Assembly: GCA_030704615.1 (NCBI GenBank)
Contig: CM060731.1
Location: 37,944,001 to 38,008,000, forward strand
Origin: Takakia lepidozioides
Taxonomy: Eukaryota > Plantae > Bryophyta
Length of the DNA stretch: 64,000 nucleotides
Direction of reading: 5' to 3'
The notes under the pieces are model-generated. The model was not told the DNA's origin, did not search any database, and saw only the letters and a program-made list of their open reading frames with translations. The translations under genes and the position numbers were made by a program. Each line of letters starts with the position of its first letter. Position 1 is the first letter of the stretch. This document shows positions 48,249 to 60,282 of the stretch, piece by piece.

Positions 48249-48600
48249 AAGCTTGAAAACAAAAGCCTCAATGGGCTGAAGGCATGCTCCACACACCCCC
48301 CACTCTCACCATAAGAGAATAAGCTCATTTGCTTCATTTCTTGCACCCACAAACCTGAAAATACAAGCTTCAGCGGGCTGAAAGCATGCTCCACATATGC
48401 CCTACAGGGAAACCAGCCCCTTCCTTCTTTTCTTGCACTCCCAAACTGAAAGTACAAGCCTTCAATAGGCTGAAAACATGCTCCACACATGCATTGCCCT
48501 CACATAAGGGAAGTCAGCCCTTCCCTCTTCCTTGCTTGCCCTCCAAGCTTGAAGATGGAAGCTTTAATGAGCTAAATACATGCTCCACACCCCTTCACAC
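48249..48600. repeat. Degenerate about 95-100 bp tandem repeat, 4 copies
   Basis: tgaaa..caagc.tcaa.gggctgaa..catgctccaca at ~48249, 48351, 48443 and 48545. Confidence 0.75.
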
Positions 48601-48610
48601 AAGAGGTATC

Positions 48611-49463
48611 TGTTAACCGCTGGTTTATGACTTAGACAAAACAGACTATCGACAATATTGCCCATTTCCTAAGACATGCAACAGAGGTTGTCCAACGGTA
48701 TGCTTTCAAAAACGATTACGAAGTAATCATTTTAAGGATAGCTAAACCATGAACGTCATATGAAACCATATTCCTGTAGGCTGCTTAATCCTATTGATTA
48801 AGCCCAATCTACAGTCTCTTAATATAAAAGATTTTTAGTCAAAAGGACTGAGGCCTCTGGGTTCATACAACAGAGGGTAGTCAAGACAAAACAAGAACTA
48901 TTCTGAGATGATACACATTCTCACTATATCACGTTCTCTCATAATGCACATTCTTTCCATCTCACATTCACTCTACACAGAGATACTTCAAATAACATGG
49001 CTTTACTTCATAGCTCCTCACATCATCACAGAAGTACACACTGATCCCTGATACTCATACTACACACCTTCTAAGTTGCGTGCAGTCTTTTTATACTATG
49101 CTCAAAAGAGCCGTTACAGTCTGCGGTCGTTAATGACCGTTTGCCTAACTGCCTACGCAACCTAAAAGGTTTGCTAAAAAGTGGCTCGTTGCAGTGTTCG
49201 TGAGCCATAGTGATAAACGGTCCACTACTCTCTCTATTGGTTAAAGCCGATGCTAATGTGGCCGTGTGATATCGTGGTTCATGGCTCACAGTTACTACAC
49301 TACTCACTACTGCTCTCGTGGTAATGTACCCTTGTCCCGCCATTGGCTAAGTACCGCGTACTTAGCCGTCTCTGCCTGTGGCCAAGGTAGTGTACGTCCA
49401 TCACTACCTGGTATGTCCCATTGTGACCCTCGTTGTTTGTCCCTCGTAGTATAGCAGTTATCA
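48611..49463 (-). repeat. 3' LTR of family H element
   Basis: TG...CA with near-perfect terminal inverted repeat, adjacent to the PPT; single copy, so the distal boundary is inferred. Confidence 0.7.
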
Positions 49464-49508
49464 TTTATTCCCCCCCCCCTCTTTTGAAATTGTGTCCGCA
49501 CAATTTCG

Positions 49509-52364
49509 TCAGTTTCTGTGCTTGCTATATCTCTTGGGGATGTAAGGTGGTGGCATGCCTATTTGTGAGGTAGGAATTGCGTCCCAAGATTGTTGTAGTG
49601 GCAGCTTCTTGTTCCTATTATCGTCACTGTCTGGTTGCTCCTCTGGTTCGTGCGTAGGCCAGCTTTCTTCATCAGGGTGTTCTGCTATCCCGTCCCCACG
49701 TACCATATCGATTTTGTTGGTCAAGGTTTTGCGGTAGGTTTGCAGCTCCTCCTTGGTCCAGGGTATAATGTGTTTTGTCGCCTTGCTGCCCATTAACCAG
49801 TTAACAGCTTGGACCCCTGTTTCTCTGCAAGGGTGGTCTCTATCCAATACCAATGGTGAAAATTGGTCCTTCGCCTGGCGCCATGCTTCAACATACAGTG
49901 GCCTATTCATATATGCTCAAGTGCCTGTGACTCTCTCTGGTGGCTGGAATTTGGGTAATTCCCAGTGAGTATCTTTTTCAGTACTCTCATAGCGCTGCCA
50001 GCTTCCCCTCATTGTCACGAACATCCGGTACAAGTAACTGCCAATATAAAAACTTGGGCATCCCATCACAATGGTTACTGCCGGGGTAGGATTAATCTTC
50101 AATTGCCCCACTGCCCACATGTAAGCTACCAGCTCCTTGTATTCCATGGGAGCCTGGCGCCAGAATTCAACCAATTCTGCCCCTGACCATGTCTCCTCCT
50201 TAGCCAGTGGCCTCATCCTATATCTCAGAGGAATAAGAGTTTGATTGAGTAGATGCAATTGACCCAATGATCTGCAGGGGGTTAAGGTTTTGAAAACCTT
50301 CTCCAGTATTTCTGGGATTTGTTGGGCTGGTACTACCATCATTTTTAAGTATTCCTCTGAATACTTTAACTACTCCCCATCCTGCTTGCATGGCATGATT
50401 TGGAAATCATCCACTGCTATTGAAGTTGATGCTACCAGGACACTTGGTAGTGTTACAGGGTTTACCTCTTGAGTAGATGGCCCTGCAGTGGCCTGTACCA
50501 GTGTCTGTTGACTTGGTGGTGGTTGTGTTGTTGTTGTTGATTATATTGGTGTCTCTCGTTCGTGATCTTGCTCCTCTTGATCCTCTTCGTCCATGAGCTC
50601 CTCTTGTTTTGGAATTGGTGGCAGGAACTCCTCATGAATGTCTGTCACCAATTTCGCCAACTGACATTTCATCTGCCTCACCATTGCCCTGTTGAGTTTC
50701 TTCATCTCCAATTCACTCCCTTCATTCAACCAGGCTCTGGCTAAGGCTGCGTCTGCTGCATCCAATGCTGCTTGCAGTGTCAGCTTCTCCAGCTGCTGCT
50801 TCCATTCTTGTTCATTGCCCATGACAATGTCTCTTTCTGTGGTGGCGGTAAACAACCTGCTCTCAGCATTCTCCCTTTCCTTCAGCAGTGTAGTGTTGCG
50901 GTTGAGCCACTTGGTTCCCTGATCTCTGGCAGTCCTCAGCTGCCCCTTGAGTGTCTCCACCTGCTGCTTTAACGTTTGCACCTGTGCTGTGAGTGTTTCC
51001 ACCTCTATCTCTATTTTCTGAGATCTCTCTCGCTCTGCATCGAGGTCAGCTTGGACATGGCGTGTTTCGTCTCTCTGTCTTTCCCACTTCTGCTCCCACT
51101 CATCTCTGCGTTGTGCCAAAGTGTTGTATTGGCAAAGTAGGGTCGACTTTTGATCTTCTAATGCTGCAATTGTAACCTCATGGTTACATACTGTTCTTGC
51201 AGTGGCCAATTCTCTCTAGTGCTTCTCTTTGATGTGGTCTAAGATCATGCTCATGTTTTCCGGGCTAATATAATCCTTAGCCTTGTCCATACAAGCTGTT
51301 AGTTGACCCAATGCTTGTATTGTCTGCAGAATGACATTCTGTGGCGTCTCTTCCAACCCTGTGTCCCATGCTGTTGTATCCAGAACTTGTTGTGCTAGTA
51401 GTAATTCCAAATTGGAATTTATGTCTTGCTGCTGCTGATTTGGTGCCTCTTGCACTATCTGTTGTTGTTGTGCCACTATGTCTCCCTCTTGTGTTCCTGG
51501 TTGTGTGACCTCTGTGTGTGTTGCTTGCTGGGTTTCGGTGTTGCCATGGCTAATTTCCATGGGTGTTGCTTCGTTGGTTTGTGGTTGGTTTCCTCCTTCT
51601 GGCTGTTGATTCTCCCCTTCTCTCTGCACTGGGGAATCAGCCGTCGAGTTGACGATGTCATCTACTGCTGTATTTGTGGTTGTTTCGTTGATCCGGGCTC
51701 TCTTTGCAAGTCCACGCTCTGCTGCTGTCTCACTTCCTTCTTCCTCCATTGCATCTACCCGTTGCATAATCCCCAACGTTGCTTGCTCTTCGGGCGTTAG
51801 GTGTACAGTATGTTGAATCATTTGGAGTAACAAGGGAGTCGCCATAGTAATAGTTGCTTCCTTCTTCTTTTTTGTCAACCGGGTCAGTTCTTGGGTTAAC
51901 TTCTTCAATAAGAAGCTTGCCTAATTCACGATTTGTCCATTGAGGCAAATCAACACTTGATCGATTAGCTCATTGGTACAGTAGCTGTGGTTTTGCCTGA
52001 GGCAAAGCAACGTGCTAAGTATCGGGGCTATCTTTCTAAAGCCGGGGCTTTTGCTGTGGCTGCATGTATAGCCCTGATCTTCTTGGTTGAGATTCTCAAA
52101 CAAATCTGCAAGTACAAACCTTGGAGGTTTGCCGCTGTACACTGGTACATCCAGACTAGGAAGGTGAAACACTTCCGCCAAGTACTTCTCCATCAGCAGG
52201 ATGTGTGTGTCATGGACATTTGTGCTCCGAGTGCTGGTGTTGTAATTCTCCAAGAACTCCTTGCAAAGCTCGTCGTGTTTCAGGTTCGAGTCCAGCGTGG
52301 TGATGAAGTATCGCAGGCCAAGACTGTCCAACGTCTCCTGTGTCTCTATGTCCTGCTCAATCTT
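49509..52364 (-). pseudogene. Family H ORF3 homolog (5' part cut off by the G4 LTR)
   Basis: EFLENY..T..HDTHILLMEKYLAEVFHLP..QGYTC matches G QFLQNF..TTTVKGVELVITPLYLQQLFRLP..QGYAC; coiled coil; QIPEIL..IVMGC..HWELP matches QIPIIL..IVMGC..HWVLP. Confidence 0.85.
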
Positions 52365-53010
52365 TGTCGAGCGGCTTTTACTCACCCATCCCTTTGCTAT
52401 CCGAGATGGTAACTCCAAGATAGAAGAGTTGGATATCTCTAAGCACTCAGCACGCTCAGAACAATCAGTCATGACCTGCAGCTAGTGAATCATGGTTGTG
52501 CTTCCTATTTGTATTCCTTCCTACCTTCATGTTATCAATTTACCTTACCGTGTATACTGAAGCATCAGATTGCTTCAGTATCTACTAAGTTCCAGTTAAT
52601 CATGCATTCATTCTACAACTTCTCTCGTGTCTCTCTACACAGTATGTTTGTATCAATTCAGTATCGGATTAAGATTAATCATGTATCATGCCTATGCCAT
52701 GGTGTCTCTATTCTATCCTACTGTATAATTCTACAGCTTGCATGAACTAAGCCTCATTCAAGTCATCATCTCCTCTTCACTGTTTCCCGCTCTCCATTAC
52801 GTTTTTTCCTCCCTCCAACAAGTCATCCTCCTCCCACAGTGATCCCCTTCCCGTTGCCGCTCTCCTAATCTACCCACAAGCTGTTCTAACCACCTAACTA
52901 ACTAACCGTCACCCCTGAAGTAACACGTTCCCTCTGCAGATGTCGTTCTCTCACAGTCGTTCCCTGTCAACGATAACTGTTCCCCATGTACTGTGACAGG
53001 CTGTGTCGGC

Positions 53011-55634
53011 CAGGCTTGTAAACAACTTCGAACTCAAACTCGTGCAAGATTATTAACCACCTTGCTATCCTTCCACTTATCAAAGGTTTGTTCACTAGAT
53101 ATATCAGAACCTGGTGATCCACATAAACATAAACTTTCTTCCCATAGGTAATGCCTGAATTTCTTGACTGCATAAATCATTGCCAGTGCTTCTCTTTCAG
53201 TTGTGCTATAGTTCCTTTCAGCACTATTCATCAACCTGCTAGCATAGTACACAGTGAATCTATATTTCCTGTAACATTTTGGGCTAACACCGCTCCCAAC
53301 GCTTCTCCTGAGGCATCACAGTGAACATGAAATACTACATGCCAGTGAGGGTTAATCAGCACAGGTGTAGTTTTTACTGACAATGTAAGTTCCTCAAAAG
53401 CCTGTTGACATTCAGCTGTCCATGCAAACACTACATCTTTCTTCAGAAGCTTGCTCAATGGTGCTGCTATCTGTGCATACCTTTTGACAAATCTTCTGTA
53501 ATAACTGGTTTGTCCAAGGAATCTCCTTAGACTCTTAACATTTATTGGTGGTGGAGAGGCTTTAATGGCCTCTGTCTTCCTGGGATCCACAAGAAGTCCC
53601 CTCTTACACACAATGAGTCCCAAAAGCACCCCTGAGTTCACACAGAAAGTACACTTCTCTAGATTCAGACCCAGACCTCTCATCCTGCATCTGGCCAAAC
53701 ATAACTCCAATTTATGCAAGTGCTCATTCTTAGAGTTGTACACACTGAAATCATCCAAGAACACATGCATGAAATCATCCAGATACTCATGAAAAGATTC
53801 ACTTATCACTCTCTGAAAGGTTGCTGGTGCATTACAAAGTCCAAAAGGCATGACTTTGTATGCATAAGCACCCTAGTCTGTGATGAAAGTTGTCTTTCCC
53901 TGGTCTTCTTCTGCCACTTGCACTTGATTATAACCATTGAAGCCATCCATGAATGAGTACATCTCATGGCCCGCCACAGTGTCCAATATCGCTTCTGTGA
54001 ATGGCAAGGGGAAAGGATCTTTCTTCGTGCAAGCATTCAACTTCTTATAGTTCACACAAACTCTCAGTTTACCATTCTTCTTGGGAACTATCACAATGGG
54101 TAACAACCAAGTTGTATACTCTATCGGGTATATAAACTTAGCCTCAGCCAACTTCTTGATCTCTTCTCCAACCTTCTGTGCATAGTTGGGATTCATTCTT
54201 TACCTTGCCTATTTGATTGGTACTGACCCTGGTTCCAGTTCAATCTTATGCGGACAGATCTCAGGTGGTATCCCTTTTAGATCCTCGTAGCTCCAAGCAA
54301 ATACATCTCTGTATTTGATGAACAAACTCTTAGCTTCCTCAAAGAATTCTGGCTCCAAATCAGCCCCTACCTTCATCATCCTCGGTTCCTCTTCAGTTCC
54401 CACATTCACTTCTCTCACCTGCTCATTAGCTGTGATTGTCCAACCAGTCACCACTTCTCCTCAGTTGCTTCATTAATGCTAGGTTGTCTTTGCAGGTCTT
54501 CACGCAATTTTTCTCGTTTGATCCTCTAGGATTTCCATTTCTCCCTCTCTTTCTTCATAGAAATGTGGTGGGTAACTGCTTGTTTCACCTTCAATTGGTG
54601 TTGCTGACACTACACCACATCAGATACCTTTTAAACAACTTAGGCCTTCCAGCTGCATCTCTGCAACCTGCTCCCACTCTGGGTGTGCAACGAACAGGGT
54701 AGCTTCCTGCTCCTCATCAAGTCCTCCCCTCCAGTCATACTCCCTGACCTCTCGAGGTCTTCTCGTAGCAGGTAATCTACTAGATTTCTTAGTGGTAATT
54801 TGTATCTTGTGCATCCCATCATGCACAGTTAGTAACTAGGAATTCCAGTCATGGAATACCCTGGCCTGTCGGACGTCCCAACAATAAGGAGTAAGCTTCC
54901 ATGACTTCATCCATTTTCAACACAGTTACTGTGATCATAAAGATCATCTTATGAATCTGTATCTTATCTCTTCTTATCAATCCCAATGGTTGTACACTTC
55001 TTTGATCTGTCATTGTTACTGTAAATGGGGCTGGTTTCATGTTACTTAGACCAAGCTTCTGCCTTAATTGGTCTGTCATGATATTCACTCCAGAGCCTCC
55101 ATCTATCAGTACATCAGTTAGTTCTGTGCTCCCAATTCTCAATTGGATTACTGGCATAGAATCATCAAAGTCCATGACTGTTTCTCGCCCTTCCAGCTTC
55201 ACATTATAACTGGTCACCTTGCTGTTCAGGTCTGTGTTCCCTGTCACATGGGCAATTCGATTGATTGCTTGATACAGCCTGTGTCTACAATAAGGTGCCA
55301 CAACCAATAGCTGTCCAATGGTAATCTCCGCTTTGGACTGGCATATTACTTCAGTCAAAGTCCCTTTATTACTCTGCATGTCTGCAGCTTCTTTCTTCCC
55401 TTCATCCTCACTCACTTCCTCTTCTCTTTCAGAATCAAAGGAATCTGCTATAGGAATATCAGTACTCTTCTGCATTTCCCTTATGGTATCTGTCACTTCC
55501 TTGTGCAGTTTCTTCTCATCTCTCCAAGCCTCATCATCTTCAGGCACGTCACTGCCATCTTCATTATCATGATCTTCCTCATCTACTGGAGGTATTAGTT
55601 TGGCTTTGCTTCTCGTTACTATCATTGTACTTAC
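53011..55634 (-). pseudogene. pol: G4 protease, RT and RNase H
   Basis: VLIDGGSGVNIM; MPFGLCNAPATFQR; HVFLDDFSV; HCDASG; NYSTTEREALA. Confidence 0.93.
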
Positions 55635-56174
55635 TGTAGTGTGAAAAGAAGGGGCGTGAATCCCCTTCTGGTTAATCCTAAATCTGTACTCCTCCTACTC
55701 GTCCCTATTGAAGTATCAGGGCAAAGGAAAGGAGCGTTCTCTTTTCTGTCCAACCATCGTCATGAGGCTATATGGGTTTTTCCTTCAGGTTCGTTCGTGA
55801 TCAGAGTTTGCGGAATCCTCATCCACGCCGCAGCGGAAGAGAAGACATGGATGGGAGTCTTTGGTTTGTTCTTGCCCTCGGTTCTTCTTCTATGCAACAA
55901 CCTGGCCCTATGCTCACTGCGCCAACAGTGTTGGCGTGATCTTTTATGTGATGCAAGCAGCCCAATGGCAGCGGTGAATACGACCCTTAATGTGAACCCC
56001 CTTGAGCAGTGACATGTCGAAAATCCCTTTTTGTAATGGTGACAAAGATTTAGAGGGAGACAGCTCAGATCTTCATAAACTGCAGGGGCACTGGTTTCCT
56101 TCAGGATTCATGCTTTCTTCATCTCAGTCTCCCCAAGTTGGCCATCCCCCCATCAACCCTTTTTGCTGAGCAGC

Positions 56175-56212
<38 letters not shown>

Positions 56213-57876
56213 CCTTTTCTCATCCGTTTCTCTATCTCTGTCTATGTCTACATGCTCCTTACTTCTTCACATACAACCCATCTATCACGTAATGCAAATG
56301 CACACTCCGCCAGGCATCCAGTGCAGCCAGCCATGAAGTCATCCTTGGTCTCACAAGGCAAAACCATCCCTTTCATCAGTCTCTCTATCTCTCTCTCTCT
56401 CTTCTCTCCGTCAATACTCAACCCTTCACACTACCCCTTTCTTTTAAAAGATCCCATTTCCCAAAACAGCTCTCATCCCTTCTTCAGATTCAACCTGAAT
56501 ACCCCAACATCTCTCTTTTCCTTTCAACAAAAGGGCTTAAGTCGTTCATATCCTGATACAATGCTGAAATCACACCTTATCCCTTTTGTGTTTTCATACA
56601 GTTCCAGCTAACCCTCAGTTATCTCTCCAAGCAAACAAGCTATATCTACATTGGGTCCAGTGTATCACTACCCCCCCCCGCAGCATTGTGTGCAGGTTTA
56701 CAACACTGAAACAAGAACGAGAATGAAGACAACAGTGACCATTCTGTTTTCTGTGACAACAGTCTCTCTCTCTCTCTCTTCACTCATTTTTCTTACTGAC
56801 ACTACGACGGCAGGTGTATCCATTCCTTCCATGTTCTGGTTTGAAGTCCAGAGTCTCCATTCCATTTCCAAAAACCTTTCCTCTATCACATGTCTCCACC
56901 CTTTCCTTTCAACAACCAGGGCAGTCCTAAATCTACCAAAAGCGATTTCTAAGTCCGCCAAAAGAAGAAGCCCACAGTCTACCAACTTATATGTTTTTAT
57001 CCTCCAGTGAAGCGGTGGGTCAGCCTTCCAAGATGGCACCTCACCATCGCCTGTCAGCAGCCACCACAACCTTTTCTCCTTGTCTTGATTCCAGAGTTTA
57101 TCATGCCATGATGTCTCCTCATCATCCTATGGAGCATCCTGTGGTTTGCCAACTAAATTGCTCTATTCTTCTATGCATGTAGCTCTTTAAGAACTGAAAT
57201 GGACCTATAGCAAGAAGACAAAAAGGCAGCTAGAAGCCTGATTTACAGATAACCTGTGTTGCCATCCAGCCAGCACTCCACATGCCTTATCGCCTCCATT
57301 GATTGTGCTCAGATTCTCTTCCTTGTGCTTCTGGCAGGTGGCCGTTCTCCTTGCTTGCTCATCTGCCCATAACTGTCATCTTCAAGACAGTGGCGGCAGC
57401 GATGGTGCGCCGCTCTCCTTACATGCTCCTATCTCCATGAATTGATCATCACAACGAGAAAGACGGCACCGCTTCCCTTTACACAGAATACCAAGCAGAG
57501 GCACTTAATGCTGCCCTCTAAACCAAGCGAAGTCCCACAGCGCAGGTACAACCTCTCAACACAGACTGCCCTGTCAACACCACAGCTCGCGGCAGCTGCT
57601 ACGAATCGCCCGTCACCTTCTTCTTCGTTCTTCCTTCCTCGCGGATTTTAGGTTGAGCATCAGTGACGAAAACGTTCATCGCATGGATGAAAAATGCATG
57701 GTCACGACTTAGCCATTTTTATTTTGGCAACGCATGAGTACAGTATGCCCACAAAATTACCTGTATGGAGGGATATATCCCCCTTGCAGTTGGTATGAGG
57801 GCCCTCCCATTATAGTGATGCAGGGTCTTAACGGTGAAGCCAAAATGTAATGTCACTCCCCTGCATTCACACTACA
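55635..57876. mobile_element. 2242-bp insertion with TGT...ACA termini, TIRs and a 4-bp TSD; no transposase seen
   Basis: TGTAGTGTGAA...TTCACACTACA perfect 11-bp TIR extending imperfectly to about 25 bp; TTAC at 55631-55634 and 57877-57880; the empty site gtacttacttctgg is seen in other G copies. Confidence 0.9.
56178..56208. repeat. (CT)n microsatellite
   Basis: About 15 CT units; shorter tracts at ~56380-56408 and ~56763-56779. Confidence 0.9.
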
Positions 57877-59139
57877 TTACTTCTGGTACAACACATGGCC
57901 TAACCATGCGAGCTGCCACCACTGGCCCCTCATTTAGAGGAGCTCTCATCTCATTCTGGTGTCTGATCTAGAATGGACAGGCTGCCTTGCGATGTCCTGG
58001 CTGATTACAATAGTAACACAGTTCTTCCCCATTAGGTCCTCGCCCTTGGTCTGTTCTGGGATTGTTTCTGTAATCCTGATTCCTTGGCTGGTAATTCCCC
58101 CTTGGATTACCCTGATAGTTGCCTCTGGAATTTCCTTGGTAATTCCCTCTTGAATTACCTCTCCCTTCCATGCCATTGTTATAACCACCAGGCCTACCAT
58201 AGTGGTCCTGATCATTGTTTCTTCTTGGTTGGGGCTGCACTTGATGCACCTTTACTTGCCTAGGTTATCTAGCTGCTGTCCTTCTGTTGTAGTAACAATT
58301 CTTAGTAGAATGGTTATCCATTTTACAGATAGTACAATGTTTCTCCTTCATGTGGCATTCAGTGGTGGTATGGCCTTCATTCTGGCATTTTGCACCAAAC
58401 ATCCTTCCTCCAATGTGTTGCAGCCTCTGTGGCATACTTCTTCAAGATTTCTTCTAATCTTTTCTCATAGTTATCCTTCTTCAACTTTTCCTTTATCTTA
58501 CTCTTCCTTTTCAGCTCTTGCTCTTCTTCCTCATCTGACTCATCCTCAGAGTCCTCATCATCCATTTTCTCTCTCCTGAGCATTCCCAATTGCTCAATTC
58601 TGTTCGCTGTTTCAAATGCCTCCTCCACTGTATTATGGGGTAACATATCCACTTTCTTTTGCAACTTTGGTCTTAGTCCACTCACAAACCAAGTCTTCTG
58701 TAACCCTGGTGCTGGTACAGCAACCAGCTTTTTCATCATCAATTCCATCTTTTCCATATACTCCTCAACAGTTTCATGCTTCTTTTGCTTTAACTGTTGT
58801 AAACTTCCATACACTTCATCCTCAGTTTTACTTGTCCTGAACCTATTTCGAAATGTTGTATTCAAGCCATTCCAGGTTAGGAAATGATTATCAGGGAATC
58901 TTGCATACCATTCACTTGCTTTCTTTATAAGTGAACAAGGGAACAGTCTCATCTTGGCATCATCGCCATTCTCATTGTTCACAATACACATGTGCTCAAA
59001 TTGGCTAATGTGTACATCAGGATTCCATTTTCATGAATATATTGGAAAAGGTGGTTTTGCCCGTGTTGGTTGTAACGCCATCTGTGGCCCTACCTTCTGC
59101 CCACTAACAGGTGCCGGCCCCCTTGCTGGTGCTGGTCCT
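57877..59139 (-). pseudogene. gag: G4 gag
   Basis: ORFs 58377-58991 and 57968-58249 (capsid, QGNxRGNY repeats, CCHC). Confidence 0.92.
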
Positions 59140-60282
59140 TGTCGCGCGGCTTTTACTCACCCATCCCTTCGCTATCCGAGGCGGAAACTCCAAGATAGAA
59201 GAGTTGGAAATCTCTAAGTACTCAGCCCGCGCAGAACAATCAGTCATGACCTACAGCTAGTGTATCATGGGGGTGTTTCCTATTTGTTTTCCTTTCCGCA
59301 TTCATCTTAGCTACCTTACCATTGATAATTAAGTATCAGTTTGCTTCATCAATCTATCGGTTTCCTTCACTCTTTCATTCAATCCACAGCTTCACTCAGA
59401 TCTCTCTACACAGTGTGATTGTATCGTATAAGTATCAGATTATGATTTATCAGGTATCAGGCCGAAGCCATTGTGTCTCTAATCTGCTCTACAATATCAC
59501 TACAGCTTTGCATATAACAAGCATCTACTAATCCTCTTTCCTCCTTCATCGTGCTCTCCATCCTTTGCTTCCGATCTCCGCTCCCGCCTGACTAAGAAGT
59601 CCTCCTGGAATAATGATCCCCCTCAATTCCCCGTTTTTCCCTTTATCTTCCTATCCGTAGTTCTAACCGTTTCCCTCACTAACCGTCGTCTGTGAACTAA
59701 CATGTTCCCTTCGCAGGTGTTGTTCCCCACAGTCGTTCCCTGTCCTACTCTTCGTTCCCTATGATCGTGACAGCTGTGTCAAGCTGTGACTGGCTGTGTG
59801 AAACTGTGACGGGCTGTGACTGGCTGTGCGACTGTGTTTGGCTGTGTCGGGCTGTGACTGCTGATGCTGTGGGCTGTGCTGGTGTGTGCTGTGACGACTG
59901 TGACGGGCTGTGGCTGTGTCGGCTGTGTCGGCTGTGTCTGCTGTGTGTGGTGTCTGCTGTGACGGGCTGTGTGGCTGTGACGTGTCGGGCTGTGTTGGCT
60001 GTGTTGGCTGTGACGACTGTGACTGGCTGTGTGGCTGTGTTGGCTGTGACTGGCTGTGTTGCTGTGCCGGGCTGTGTCGACTGTGTAACCCCCTTCTACA
60101 GTGCGCTGCTGTCACCCCTAAGGCTCCTGTTGGTCTCAGTCTGTGCAAAAATTAAGGGTACCCTACAGATCCCGTATAAGTGTCTAAGTCCCCTACAGTC
60201 TGTGCAAAAATTAAGGGTACCCTACAGATCCCGTATAAGTGTCTAAGTCCCCTACAGTCCTCTAACATTACCCCTTCCCCCT

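Larger units (their letters stand above)
48611..52364 (-). mobile_element. Family H gypsy-like element 3' end: ORF3 homolog, PPT and 3' LTR
   Basis: LTR TGATAA(49463)...TTAACA(48611); G-tract PPT at ~49468-49485; ORFs homologous to family G ORF3. Confidence 0.8.

Noticed and set aside
56138-57069. ORFs inside the TIR element as a transposase
   Set aside because: No DDE or integrase motifs; low-complexity CT-driven translations
55635-57876. CACTA transposon, because CACTACA is present
   Set aside because: The motif points the wrong way (element starts TGTAGTG and ends CACTACA) and the TSD is 4 bp, not 2-3 bp
59759-60246. Cys/His/Thr-rich ORFs over the arrays (also 31143-31759, 32064-32435, 42536-42933, 62503-62905)
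   Set aside because: Translations of a stop-poor tandem repeat in all frames; frame is not conserved between copies
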